In this document: one piece after another, positions 15,613-22,355 of the stretch | How the letters are laid out: each line of letters opens with the position of its first letter | Position numbering within the stretch: the first letter of the stretch is position 1 | Virus record (IMG/VR): IMGVR_UViG_3300048615_000030 | Span: 1 to 44,828 of that record | Origin: a virus | Strand: one strand, 5' to 3' | Length of the DNA stretch: 44,828 bases | Notes under the pieces: model-generated | Seen by the model: the letters and a program-made list of their open reading frames with translations, nothing else | What the model was told of the DNA's origin: nothing | Databases searched by the model: none | Made by a program: the position numbers and the translations under genes

Positions 15613-15854
15613 GACTCCTCCTTGTTGAGGTACTCCTCGATTTCGGCAAGCGACCGGGCGTAGATCACGTCTTCGGGGTCGGTGCCGGCTCGGATGTGCC
15701 GATGGTGGAAGTCGATCAGCCTGCTTCCCCTCTTCGTTGCGAAGTCGGTTTCGCCGATCTGGTCGTCGTGGCCGACGTATTTGCCGTCGAAAAACCAGAG
15801 CGATCCGTCCCACTCGTCGTGGCCGTTGACATAGTCGATACGCAAAACCGTCAT
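15609..15854 (-). CDS. Hypothetical protein.
   Basis: 81-aa ORF. ATGA overlap upstream. Confidence 0.5.
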   Translation of the reverse strand: MTVLRIDYVNGHDEWDGSLWFFDGKYVGHDDQIGETDFATKRGSRLIDFHHRHIRAGTDPEDVIYARSLAEIEEYLNKEES

Positions 15855-16027
15855 GACTCCTCCTCTATGTAGAACGAGACCGTGTCCCCAAACGGGTCCC
15901 AGCCGACTTGGCCCATCACTTCGACGTGGGGGCCGAGCTCCATGCGGGCCTGCTCAGCGGCGCGTAGAGCAGCGAACGGTCCACGGTCCACAGTCACGGT
16001 CAGACCGTCGTACCAATCGGTCATCAT
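15851..16027 (-). CDS. Hypothetical acidic protein (58 aa).
   Basis: Hand translation: MMTDWYDGLTVTVDRGPF... ATGA overlaps at both ends. Confidence 0.4.
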   Translation of the reverse strand: MMTDWYDGLTVTVDRGPFAALRAAEQARMELGPHVEVMGQVGWDPFGDTVSFYIEEES

Positions 16028-16191
16028 TTGCCCTTCTTCTTCATCGAACCGGGCTTGTGGAACGCGGCGACCTTCGACGGGCTCGCTCCCTTGATGAACG
16101 CCAAGTACCAGGCGACCCGACGTTCCAGCGGAGTGTGCGACCTCCGACGGCCACCCTTCACGACCCGGCGACTCTTGTTGAACCGACTCAT
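16024..16191 (-). CDS. Small basic protein (55 aa).
   Basis: Hand translation: MSRFNKSRRVVKGGRRRSHTPLERRVAWYLAFIKGASPSKVAAFHKPGSMKKKGK. ATGA overlaps at both ends. Confidence 0.4.
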   Translation of the reverse strand: MSRFNKSRRVVKGGRRRSHTPLERRVAWYLAFIKGASPSKVAAFHKPGSMKKKGK

Positions 16192-16490
16192 GCGACCCTC
16201 GCTGCGTCTAAGGCGTCCACCAGGACCGACGGGAAATTCCCCGGCAAGGACGTAGGGAGACCCGCCGGGGAAGAACGGACCAGGGAGACGGGTTCGGCAC
16301 GGTCAGCACCATCCGTCATTTCCAAACGGACCAGCGACGGGTCCTCATCCCACCAATCGAAAAGGAAACGCATCGCCTCACGCTCAGTGGCGAAGACGAG
16401 TTCCATGTAATGGCTGTTCCGGTCGCCTGGCTGCCACGACAATGAGGGAAGCTCAGGCGTCGCACGGATACCCCAAGTACGAGTGGTCAT
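16188..16490 (-). CDS. Hypothetical protein (100 aa).
   Basis: Start at ATG 16490 (MTTRTWGI...), in an ATGA overlap with the stop at 16487. Confidence 0.5.
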   Translation of the reverse strand: MTTRTWGIRATPELPSLSWQPGDRNSHYMELVFATEREAMRFLFDWWDEDPSLVRLEMTDGADRAEPVSLVRSSPAGLPTSLPGNFPSVLVDALDAARVA

Positions 16491-16822
16491 GTCGACTCCG
16501 CCATCCACCTTTGGTGGCGTTCCACCCGACGATGCAACAGCCGATACCAGAACCACCGGCGCAGTCCGAACCATTCGCCGAGCCACCAGCGGAGAATGAA
16601 CCACCACAACTCGCGGGCGCCCTGACGGTTCGTATGCCAATACCACTTGTCCAGAGTGCCGATCCACAACTCGAACCCGTCGTTGCCGATGCGGTAGACC
16701 TGACGAAACCCGTTTGTCTCGGTGTAGTGCTTGACCTCGTTCATCGGTGGGTTCGGATTGCCGCCCCAATCAGTGCCGAGCATCACGTACAGTCGATTCT
16801 CAAGTCGACCGAAAGCATTCAT
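16487..16822 (-). CDS. Hypothetical protein with a Trp/Arg-rich C-terminal segment.
   Basis: 111-aa ORF. ATGA overlap upstream. Confidence 0.5.
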   Translation of the reverse strand: MNAFGRLENRLYVMLGTDWGGNPNPPMNEVKHYTETNGFRQVYRIGNDGFELWIGTLDKWYWHTNRQGARELWWFILRWWLGEWFGLRRWFWYRLLHRRVERHQRWMAEST

Positions 16823-17022
16823 GGCGCCACCAGTCGTCGAGCGTCCTGGTCGAAATCCATCCGCGCGAACGCTTCATGCTCCGACCGGTATTGGCCTAGA
16901 AGATGCCAGTGACGTTCAAACTCGGCTTGGATGCAGTCACACCAGAGAGCAAGATCGTATGAGTGGCCGGTACGGGTCGTCTTATACCGGGTGGTTCCCC
17001 GAGCGTGAATCCACGACCTCAC
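16819..17022 (-). CDS. Hypothetical protein (67 aa).
   Basis: GTG 17022 forms a GTGA overlap with the stop at 17019. Confidence 0.4.
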   Translation of the reverse strand: MRSWIHARGTTRYKTTRTGHSYDLALWCDCIQAEFERHWHLLGQYRSEHEAFARMDFDQDARRLVAP

Positions 17023-17195
17023 GACCGCCTCCACGCCATCCGGCCGAGTCCGCCGTTGATCAGAGACAAGACCAACAGGACCGAACCCATCATCCACCGG
17101 CCGTCGAGGAATTGGTAGGCGCTCGAAGCGAGAGCGCAGCCACTAATCCAGAAGCTGAACGGTGCCGGGTTGGTCCGTTTCGTCCAGGCGATCAC
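17019..17195 (-). CDS. Small two-helix membrane protein (58 aa).
   Basis: GTG 17195 forms a GTGA overlap with the Cro-like stop. Contains hydrophobic stretches. Confidence 0.4.
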   Translation of the reverse strand: MIAWTKRTNPAPFSFWISGCALASSAYQFLDGRWMMGSVLLVLSLINGGLGRMAWRRS

Positions 17196-17395
17196 GACGC
17201 GGCCTCGAGTGAGTCGGCCCACCGGTAGAGAGTGCGCCATGCGATCGGAATGCCAGTCGCCAGATTCAGGTCAGAGGCGATACTTCGGATGGCTTTCCCG
17301 TTGTCCTGTCCTTCGGCGATGAAGTCTGCGAGGGTGGTGCCCTGCGAGGCGAGAGCTTCGTCGACCAGGACGCGGAGGGTGCTGGGATTCCTCAT
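17192..17395 (-). CDS. Cro-like / HTH DNA-binding protein; first gene of the leftward early operon.
   Basis: 67 aa with HTH-like IRSIASDLNLATGIPIAWRTLYRW. Divergent from the repressor. ATG lies 9 nt after a TAATCT -10 hexamer, so the transcript would be near-leaderless. Confidence 0.6.
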   Translation of the reverse strand: MRNPSTLRVLVDEALASQGTTLADFIAEGQDNGKAIRSIASDLNLATGIPIAWRTLYRWADSLEAAS

Positions 17396-17542
17396 CTCAT
17401 GTGGAGATTACACACGCCGTGCCAAATGTCAAGTACCTATCTTGTGGAGATTCCCCACAACCGGTTGACAAGTGGCACAACCGGTGTGTATCTTCCCCAT
17501 ATGGCCGGAAGTTGGGCAACCATTGGGAGAAAGGGCAAGGCT
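17396..17542. promoter_or_regulatory. Genetic-switch region with divergent promoters and operator-like repeats.
   Basis: Rightward promoter candidate: TTGACA (17465..17470), 18 nt, TATCTT (17489..17494). Leftward promoter candidate: TTGACA (complement of 17427..17432), 16 nt, TAATCT (complement of 17405..17410). Repeats: TGTGGAGATT at 17400..17409 and 17443..17452, and CACAACCGGT at 17456..17465 and 17476..17485. The first CACAACCGGT copy contains the palindrome CAACCGGTTG. Confidence 0.6.
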
Positions 17543-17872
17543 ATGACAACGGAATTCGTTGCAACAAGGGCAGAAGTTCAGTCCGTGAGAGTCGGCATGG
17601 CCGCATTGGGGGCAGGACTACGCAACGCGAAGGATCTTCACCGGGCGCTCCAAGCCAACGGAGCCACGATCCACTACGAGACCATTCGACGTCTCTGGTC
17701 TGGCGAGCGGAAAGAAGAACTGCCTTTCACTCTGATCGAACAGATCAGCGAGGCGACCGGGTTCAGCAGCGACTGGCTGGTGGGCAAGCCCGAAGCGGCG
17801 CTCCCTGACAAGGTGAACCGCGCAAAGGGCGTTTCGCGCAGTTCGTTTGCACTAGTCCCCCTCGCCGCCTAG
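17543..17872 (+). CDS. CI-like HTH repressor ending in an ssrA-like ...ALVPLAA.
   Basis: HTH-like LRNAKDLHRALQANGATIHYETIRRLWSGER. The GGGAGA/AAGG SD region lies before ATG 17543. On the plus strand, upstream of int and divergent from the Cro-like gene. Confidence 0.65.
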   Translation: MTTEFVATRAEVQSVRVGMAALGAGLRNAKDLHRALQANGATIHYETIRRLWSGERKEELPFTLIEQISEATGFSSDWLVGKPEAALPDKVNRAKGVSRSSFALVPLAA

Positions 17873-17922
17873 TACCAGCGGCCCATACCCCCCAAAGCAG
17901 GCATGCCCTATGGTCACATGCC

Positions 17923-18738
17923 ATGAGAGAGTCGGAATACGCCGACTATCTCATTGGTGAGAGGCTAGGACCGCGGACCCGGCAACGGTATCTACGGTGG
18001 GTACGGGATGCGGATGAGTGGTTGACACAACAAGAAGCCACCCTCGCCGCCACTACAGCCACCCTAATCGCAGCCTGGGCCGAACAGCGAGTACCCAACT
18101 CCCACGCATGCCGCGGACAAGCCGCCGCCGCACTCAAACACTACTGGCACATGATCGACCATCCCCGACCGCCAGTCCGCGCGATCCCCGTCCCACCCGC
18201 ACCCGAAATGGTCTGCCGTGCCATCACCGACCAACAGATCGACTATGTCATCAAAGTCGCCACAGGATGGTGGCCGAAAGGCACCGTCGTCCTAGTCGGC
18301 ATGACCCTCGCCCTCAGACGTTTCGAAATCGCGAAAATGGAGTGGTCACGGTTCGACCCCGACCTGACCTGGTATCGAGTTACCGGCAAGTATTCGAAGA
18401 CAGCAACACTTCCAGTCCACCGTCATCTCATCACCGAACTCGAGGGGCGTAACATAAATGGTACGCCTTGGGTGTTCCCCGGCAGGGTCGACGGACATAT
18501 CAACCCGGCGACAGTCGGCGCGTGGACAGCCGAAGTCGGACGAGCCGCCGGCGTACCACATCTCCTACCCCACGAGCTCAGACACACGACCCTTGCCGTC
18601 GCGAATGATGAGACCGGCGACCTCCGATCCGTCATGGCATTTGCGCGTCATTCGAAGCCGTCCACGACGGTCGGATATACTCGCACCACCGCGACCAAAC
18701 TGCGGGCCGTATCGGATGCTCTAGGCTATCTCGACTGA
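17923..18738 (+). CDS. int: Tyrosine integrase/recombinase (short, XerC/D-like).
   Basis: Catalytic pattern: ALRRFEI (Arg), HELRHT (H-x-x-R), ARHSK (His), VGYTR (Tyr). Confidence 0.8.
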   Translation: MRESEYADYLIGERLGPRTRQRYLRWVRDADEWLTQQEATLAATTATLIAAWAEQRVPNSHACRGQAAAALKHYWHMIDHPRPPVRAIPVPPAPEMVCRAITDQQIDYVIKVATGWWPKGTVVLVGMTLALRRFEIAKMEWSRFDPDLTWYRVTGKYSKTATLPVHRHLITELEGRNINGTPWVFPGRVDGHINPATVGAWTAEVGRAAGVPHLLPHELRHTTLAVANDETGDLRSVMAFARHSKPSTTVGYTRTTATKLRAVSDALGYLD

Positions 18739-18896
18739 ACCACCAGAAGGAGTCGCTGCGAGAATCCTGAAAGCCGTCGGCGTGTACGTCCTGGCTCTAA
18801 TCCCGTTCGTGTTCTTCGAGTGGGGCCAGTGGGCGTGGATACCTGGACTGGCCGCCCTCGTCGTCGCTGTCGTCTATTACCGGAGGGCCAATAGAT

Positions 18897-18930
18897 GAAC
18901 GCCTCTCCACCGTGAAGCAGAGAGGCGTTC
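18897..18930. terminator. Perfect 11-bp hairpin between the convergent int and holin genes; candidate bidirectional terminator.
   Basis: GAACGCCTCTC (18897..18907), a 12-nt loop, then GAGAGGCGTTC (18920..18930). On the minus strand it is followed by ATCTATT. Confidence 0.45.
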
Positions 18931-19012
18931 AGTAGCTCGACGACAGTGCGCCCTAGGGGCGGTGTCTAACCAAGGCCCACTGTAATCCGCTTGGCTGGCA
19001 TTTGCTAGATCG

Positions 19013-19249
19013 TCACAGGTAGGTCGGAGTGCCCGCCTTGAAGCCCAGCGACAAGACAGGACCCAACCAGGCGAACCGGTCCTGCAGCCTGTTCAAGACG
19101 ATCGTGACAACGCCGACAATCGCCGAAAAGGCGAAAGCCTCCAAAGCGACCCCGTCAATGTCCAAGCCCAGGTTCGCTGTCCAGGCAATGACCGCGCCTA
19201 CTCCGGCTTGGACGGCTGTCCGCACTCCGGCAATGATCGCGTCTCTCAT
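19013..19249 (-). CDS. Holin-like small membrane protein.
   Basis: 78 aa with two hydrophobic helices. The N-terminal IIAGVRTAVQAGVGAVIAW resembles r1t-type holins. It is the last gene of the late/lysis transcript. Confidence 0.5.
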   Translation of the reverse strand: MRDAIIAGVRTAVQAGVGAVIAWTANLGLDIDGVALEAFAFSAIVGVVTIVLNRLQDRFAWLGPVLSLGFKAGTPTYL

Positions 19250-19440
19250 TCATCCTCCTTGATTGTCATGCCGTCAACGACGGCGTCTACCGGCTCCGCA
19301 TGAAGCCGGCTGATCTGGTCTGCGAACAAGAGCCACACGATTTCGGCAAGCTGATCCCGCATCAGGAACGTGGTCTGCTCGCCGCGGAACTTCAAGAAAG
19401 TTGAAGGAAGCCGCATACAACACACCGGAGCACCGTGCAC
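19246..19440 (-). CDS. Hypothetical small protein; start uncertain (alternative ATG at 19362).
   Basis: Track ORF. 4-nt overlap with the holin-like start. The N-terminal part overlaps ORF 19392..19535. Confidence 0.3.
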   Translation of the reverse strand: MHGAPVCCMRLPSTFLKFRGEQTTFLMRDQLAEIVWLLFADQISRLHAEPVDAVVDGMTIKEDE

Positions 19441-19535
19441 AAGAGAGTTCCGTCATGGTCGATCACGAAGAACGGGTCGGCCGTGTCCGAAACGCATTGA
19501 GGGCAGACGACCGCGGCGATAGGCCCATACCTCAT
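19392..19535 (-). CDS. Small zinc-ribbon ORF (47 aa).
   Basis: Hand translation: MRYGPIAAVVCPQCVSD...CTVLRCVVCG. GGGGGG lies upstream of ATG 19535. Confidence 0.35.
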   Translation of the reverse strand: MRYGPIAAVVCPQCVSDTADPFFVIDHDGTLLCTVLRCVVCGFLQLS

Positions 19536-19557
19536 TCACACACCCCCCAATACCCTT

Positions 19558-19767
19558 CTACCGCACGTCGAAGTGTTCGAGCATCCAGACGGTGACACCA
19601 GCGACCAGGAGACCCCTCACAGGCCGCGGGAGAAGCATCACTCGTGACGTGACCGTGGGAAGTCGGCCCGTGAGCAGAGCGGCCGCCTCCCACGTCGATA
19701 TGACCGCAATCACCGCAGACTCCGCAGTAACGTCCCTATGCAACAACTTGGCCGCGATTGCCTGCAT
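19558..19767 (-). CDS. Small hydrophobic (2-TM-like) protein.
   Basis: 69-aa ORF with SAVIAVISTWEAAALL and GLLVAGVTVWML segments. Confidence 0.45.
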   Translation of the reverse strand: MQAIAAKLLHRDVTAESAVIAVISTWEAAALLTGRLPTVTSRVMLLPRPVRGLLVAGVTVWMLEHFDVR

Positions 19768-19780
19768 GAGACAACTGCTC

Positions 19781-19960
19781 CTATCCGGGGTCTTCAGCGT
19801 CGCGCACTCGGCCCACGCGGATGGCCGCTGCTCTTTGTTGAGCGGCCCGACGGACGAGCAAGTCGACGACGGACTCCGTGTCGCCTCTAGCTAGTGCGTC
19901 GCGGACCGTGTTGAGGTCTGCGAGGAATTGGAGTGACGGTGTCCAGGGCATCCATGACAT
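19781..19960 (-). CDS. Hypothetical protein (59 aa).
   Basis: Hand translation: MSWMPWTPSLQFLADLNTVRDALARGD... GGGAGG lies 7 nt upstream of ATG 19960. Confidence 0.4.
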   Translation of the reverse strand: MSWMPWTPSLQFLADLNTVRDALARGDTESVVDLLVRRAAQQRAAAIRVGRVRDAEDPG

Positions 19961-20026
19961 TGCTTGCCTCCCACGTGCACCGCTCTCAAATGAAACAATC
20001 GATTCGTTTACGCAAACGTTTCTGCC

Positions 20027-20053
20027 GTTCCTCTATTGGTTCTCTAGAGGAAC
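20027..20053. other. 9-bp stem hairpin in the intergenic region.
   Basis: GTTCCTCTA (20027..20035), a 9-nt loop, then TAGAGGAAC (20045..20053). Confidence 0.35.
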
Positions 20054-20077
20054 AGCACAGCCATGGTGTTAGATGGG

Positions 20078-20116
20078 GGATGACGGGCGGCCACGAAGGG
20101 AGACCACCCGCCATCC
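20078..20116 (-). terminator. 13-bp stem hairpin that is perfect only in the minus-strand RNA.
   Basis: Minus-strand GGAUGGCGGGUGG pairs with CCGCCCGUCAUCC through 11 Watson-Crick pairs and 2 G-U pairs. On the plus strand the same two positions are A-C mismatches. It lies about 50 nt downstream of the exonuclease stop. No U-tract follows. Confidence 0.5.
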
Positions 20117-20164
20117 GAGGTCCCAGCCGGACCAGGAGCGGGAACTAATCCGGGTGGGAAGGGG

Positions 20165-20944
20165 TTAGAGTGCGACGCCCGCGGTTTTCGTAGTGCCGAT
20201 GCTCATACGACTCCGATACCGTCGGCCACACCCGCCACATCGGAAACGAGGGAACGTGTTCGCCTTCGTCCTGTAATACCCGTCACGAGTACGGTCGGGG
20301 GAGCCGCACGACGGACACACATCCTGCAAGTATTCGGCCGCGTCGACCAGGCGGGGAAGGTTCTTCGCATGCGGTTTCAACGCGTGAAACACCTGCTCGA
20401 GAATCACCACGTCGTTCCGGTTGTAAGCGACCATCTGCTCCAACGCAGGTTTGGATCCGTGGTAGCAGTCACGCCACAGTCCGAACGACGTCGAATGCTT
20501 GCCAGCGAAGCCGAGGAACTTGGCGAGATAGTCGAGCTTGTTCGACGTGAACCGGAACGTCCCCCTCGCTAGCGTCAAAGTGTCGATGCTCTGGGTTTGT
20601 CCTAGAGGTTCGAGGCCGTGGAACACTAAACGGGTGTTCAACATTTTCAAGTCGAACGCGTTCCCATTATGCGCGACAACAATGTCCGCTTTCCTAATCA
20701 GGTCGGCGAGCTGTTCGACGATCCGCTTGTCGTCCTGGCCTTTCGCCTCCTTCGAACTGACCACCCGAGAAATCACAGATGTACTGTCGGACCATTTCGC
20801 TGCCCAGCAGATCATCCACCATTCCTGTTCGACCATCTCCGGATTGATGTAATCCTGTTTCAACTGCCAGAAATATCCGAGGAGAGGAGCCGTCTCAATA
20901 TCAAAGAACAAGAGACGGAGAGGTCGGGGGAACAGGTCGTCCAC
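20165..20944 (-). CDS. DEDDy 3'-5' exonuclease (PolB-exonuclease-like) with a C-terminal zinc ribbon.
   Basis: ExoI FFDIET; ExoII VAHNGNAFDLKML; ExoIII YNRNDVVIL. The C-terminus carries CPSCG...CGGCG. Confidence 0.7.
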   Translation of the reverse strand: MDDLFPRPLRLLFFDIETAPLLGYFWQLKQDYINPEMVEQEWWMICWAAKWSDSTSVISRVVSSKEAKGQDDKRIVEQLADLIRKADIVVAHNGNAFDLKMLNTRLVFHGLEPLGQTQSIDTLTLARGTFRFTSNKLDYLAKFLGFAGKHSTSFGLWRDCYHGSKPALEQMVAYNRNDVVILEQVFHALKPHAKNLPRLVDAAEYLQDVCPSCGSPDRTRDGYYRTKANTFPRFRCGGCGRRYRSRMSIGTTKTAGVAL

Positions 20945-21180
20945 TAGGAGCGCGCCTTAATCAGACCACGCAACGTCGACCGAACCGTCGACGCGGAAGG
21001 CGACGTGTCAAAGTCGGCTTCCAACCGTTTAAGCACGGCAGCCCAAACCGGATCCTTGCCGAGTTCTACCGCCCGATCAGCGACAGCGTCCATGAACGCT
21101 CTGGTTTCGGGGGTTGTCAGGTCATACCAGGTGGCCGGACCGGACTGGTCCCGTACGAACAGGTCGTCTAACTGTGTCAT
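20944..21180 (-). CDS. Hypothetical protein.
   Basis: 78-aa ORF. GGGGAGGAAATAG lies before ATG 21180. Its stop overlaps the exonuclease start by 1 nt. Confidence 0.5.
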   Translation of the reverse strand: MTQLDDLFVRDQSGPATWYDLTTPETRAFMDAVADRAVELGKDPVWAAVLKRLEADFDTSPSASTVRSTLRGLIKARS

Positions 21181-21218
21181 CTATTTCCTCCCCGCTAAGG
21201 GTTCGATGGTTTCAGTTG

Positions 21219-21392
21219 TCAAGAAAGAAGGCCGACAGCGATGAGAATCGAGACCAGGATGGGAACCAACGCCATCCACGACGCCTTGTCAGGATGGGAG
21301 TGGCCGGCGTCGAGTTTCGTTTCGATCCGTTTCAACCGGTCCGTCACATCCTTATGGTGAAGATCTACGATCTCTCTGAGATTGTCAGTCAT
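21219..21392 (-). CDS. Tail-anchored small membrane protein (57 aa); possible lysis accessory protein.
   Basis: Hand translation: MTDNLREIVDLHHKDVTDRLKRIETKLDAGHSHPDKASWMALVPILVSILIAVGLLS. ATGA overlap upstream. Confidence 0.4.
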   Translation of the reverse strand: MTDNLREIVDLHHKDVTDRLKRIETKLDAGHSHPDKASWMALVPILVSILIAVGLLS

Positions 21393-21535
21393 CGGTCATG
21401 CTCCGGGCAGTAGAACTTGCCGGTATCTCCGAGTGGGACCATCGGATGGGGGGTCATGTTCCGACAGGTCTCATAGTTGTGGCGGGCACGACGGGTTTCA
21501 GCGTCCGTACAGTCGCAGACAGTGCAAGTCATCAT
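21389..21535 (-). CDS. Small zinc-ribbon ORF (48 aa).
   Basis: Hand translation: MMTCTVCDCTDAETRRARHNYETCRNMTPHPMVPLGDTGKFYCPEHDR. ATGA overlaps at both ends. Confidence 0.35.
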   Translation of the reverse strand: MMTCTVCDCTDAETRRARHNYETCRNMTPHPMVPLGDTGKFYCPEHDR

Positions 21536-22305
21536 CCGTCCAACCGTTTCGCCAGTTCGTCAGCCACCGCAGCAGCAACACCCGAGGAGACCGCCCCGGC
21601 GATAGTCTCGATCTGAGCCGACGTGAAACCCTTCTCTGACGCTCTCACAGACCTGACACCCAGCCCGTACGTTTGGACGAGATAGTTCGCGACCGTCCGA
21701 GAAATCGGAGTGCCCGGAGTGGTGAACGACTCGTTGAACGACCGGGACATGAGTTCGTCGACCGTCAACTTCGCTATGTCTTGTTTCTCCTGTTCGGTGA
21801 GCGGCATGTTCTCCTCCTGCAAGTTGATGGACTGGTTGAGCGTGGAAATCTGCGAGTGGAGGTTCCGACCGGGACAAGACGTCGAAGCTCCCGACGCGTC
21901 CCGGTGGCCGCCGGTGAAACCTTCCCGCCACCAGCCCTCCGAATACCCGTGGCGGGCGAGTTCGACGATCGAACGCATGGCGGCAACCGTCGGCTGATCG
22001 TTGTCGTAGTTGCCCGTCAGGCAGACCGCATGGGAGACCGTGTTATGACCCGCCGTGTGTCCACCTGCTATCCCTGCTCCGCGTCCTTCGTAGATGGTGC
22101 CCTCGTGGTTGATCAGGAACGAGTAGGCGATGTCGTTCCACCCTCGAGTGTCCATGTGGAAGGTTTGGATCGCTCGAACGCGGGCTTCGTATCCGGTGGG
22201 TGATGCCGTGTGATGGAGCCACAGTTCCGGTGTGGGAGTGGTGATCTTCCGGGGGGTTGTCTTGGGAGGGCGAGCACCCCAAGAGGCGCGGGAAACGATC
22301 TGCAT
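21532..22305 (-). CDS. Endolysin: N-acetylmuramoyl-L-alanine amidase (PGRP / Amidase_2 type) plus a C-terminal domain.
   Basis: SRASWGARPP...LHHTAS...IQTFHMDTRGWNDIAYSFLI...IYEGRG...GHRD...TSCPG. Start set at ATG 22305, with AGAGGAG 8 nt upstream. Confidence 0.8.
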   Translation of the reverse strand: MQIVSRASWGARPPKTTPRKITTPTPELWLHHTASPTGYEARVRAIQTFHMDTRGWNDIAYSFLINHEGTIYEGRGAGIAGGHTAGHNTVSHAVCLTGNYDNDQPTVAAMRSIVELARHGYSEGWWREGFTGGHRDASGASTSCPGRNLHSQISTLNQSINLQEENMPLTEQEKQDIAKLTVDELMSRSFNESFTTPGTPISRTVANYLVQTYGLGVRSVRASEKGFTSAQIETIAGAVSSGVAAAVADELAKRLDG

Positions 22306-22319
22306 GGGAAACACTCCTC

Positions 22320-22348
22320 TAGACGGATGGTGGTAGTGCCGATACGGT
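22320..22348 (+). promoter_or_regulatory. Candidate plus-strand promoter giving a leaderless mRNA for ORF 22356..22679.
   Basis: TAGACG (22320..22325), 17 nt, TACGGT (22343..22348, of TANNNT type), then 7 nt to ATG 22356. Confidence 0.35.
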
Positions 22349-22355
22349 CGGACAC

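Noticed and set aside
15062-15649. Long versions of several track ORFs, e.g. 15062..15649, 16188..16769, 28577..29158, 26326..26799, 37960..38553, 12767..13471 and 5812..6312.
   Set aside because: Their N-terminal extensions are Arg/Pro/Ser-rich and overlap the upstream genes. Internal starts with SD motifs or 4-nt stop/start overlaps give compact, non-overlapping gene chains, so the shorter forms are reported.
18782-18898. Small plus-strand hydrophobic ORF downstream of int.
   Set aside because: The only canonical in-frame start, GTG 18782, has no SD. The strong GAAGGAG at 18746..18752 is not followed by ATG, GTG or TTG at usable spacing. It is kept only as a note within the attP-region finding.
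17750-19012. tRNA or tRNA-fragment at candidate attP regions.
   Set aside because: No GTTCGAATC-type T-loop with flanking stems and acceptor/CCA context could be found by eye on either strand. This needs tRNAscan and BLAST, so nothing is reported as a feature.
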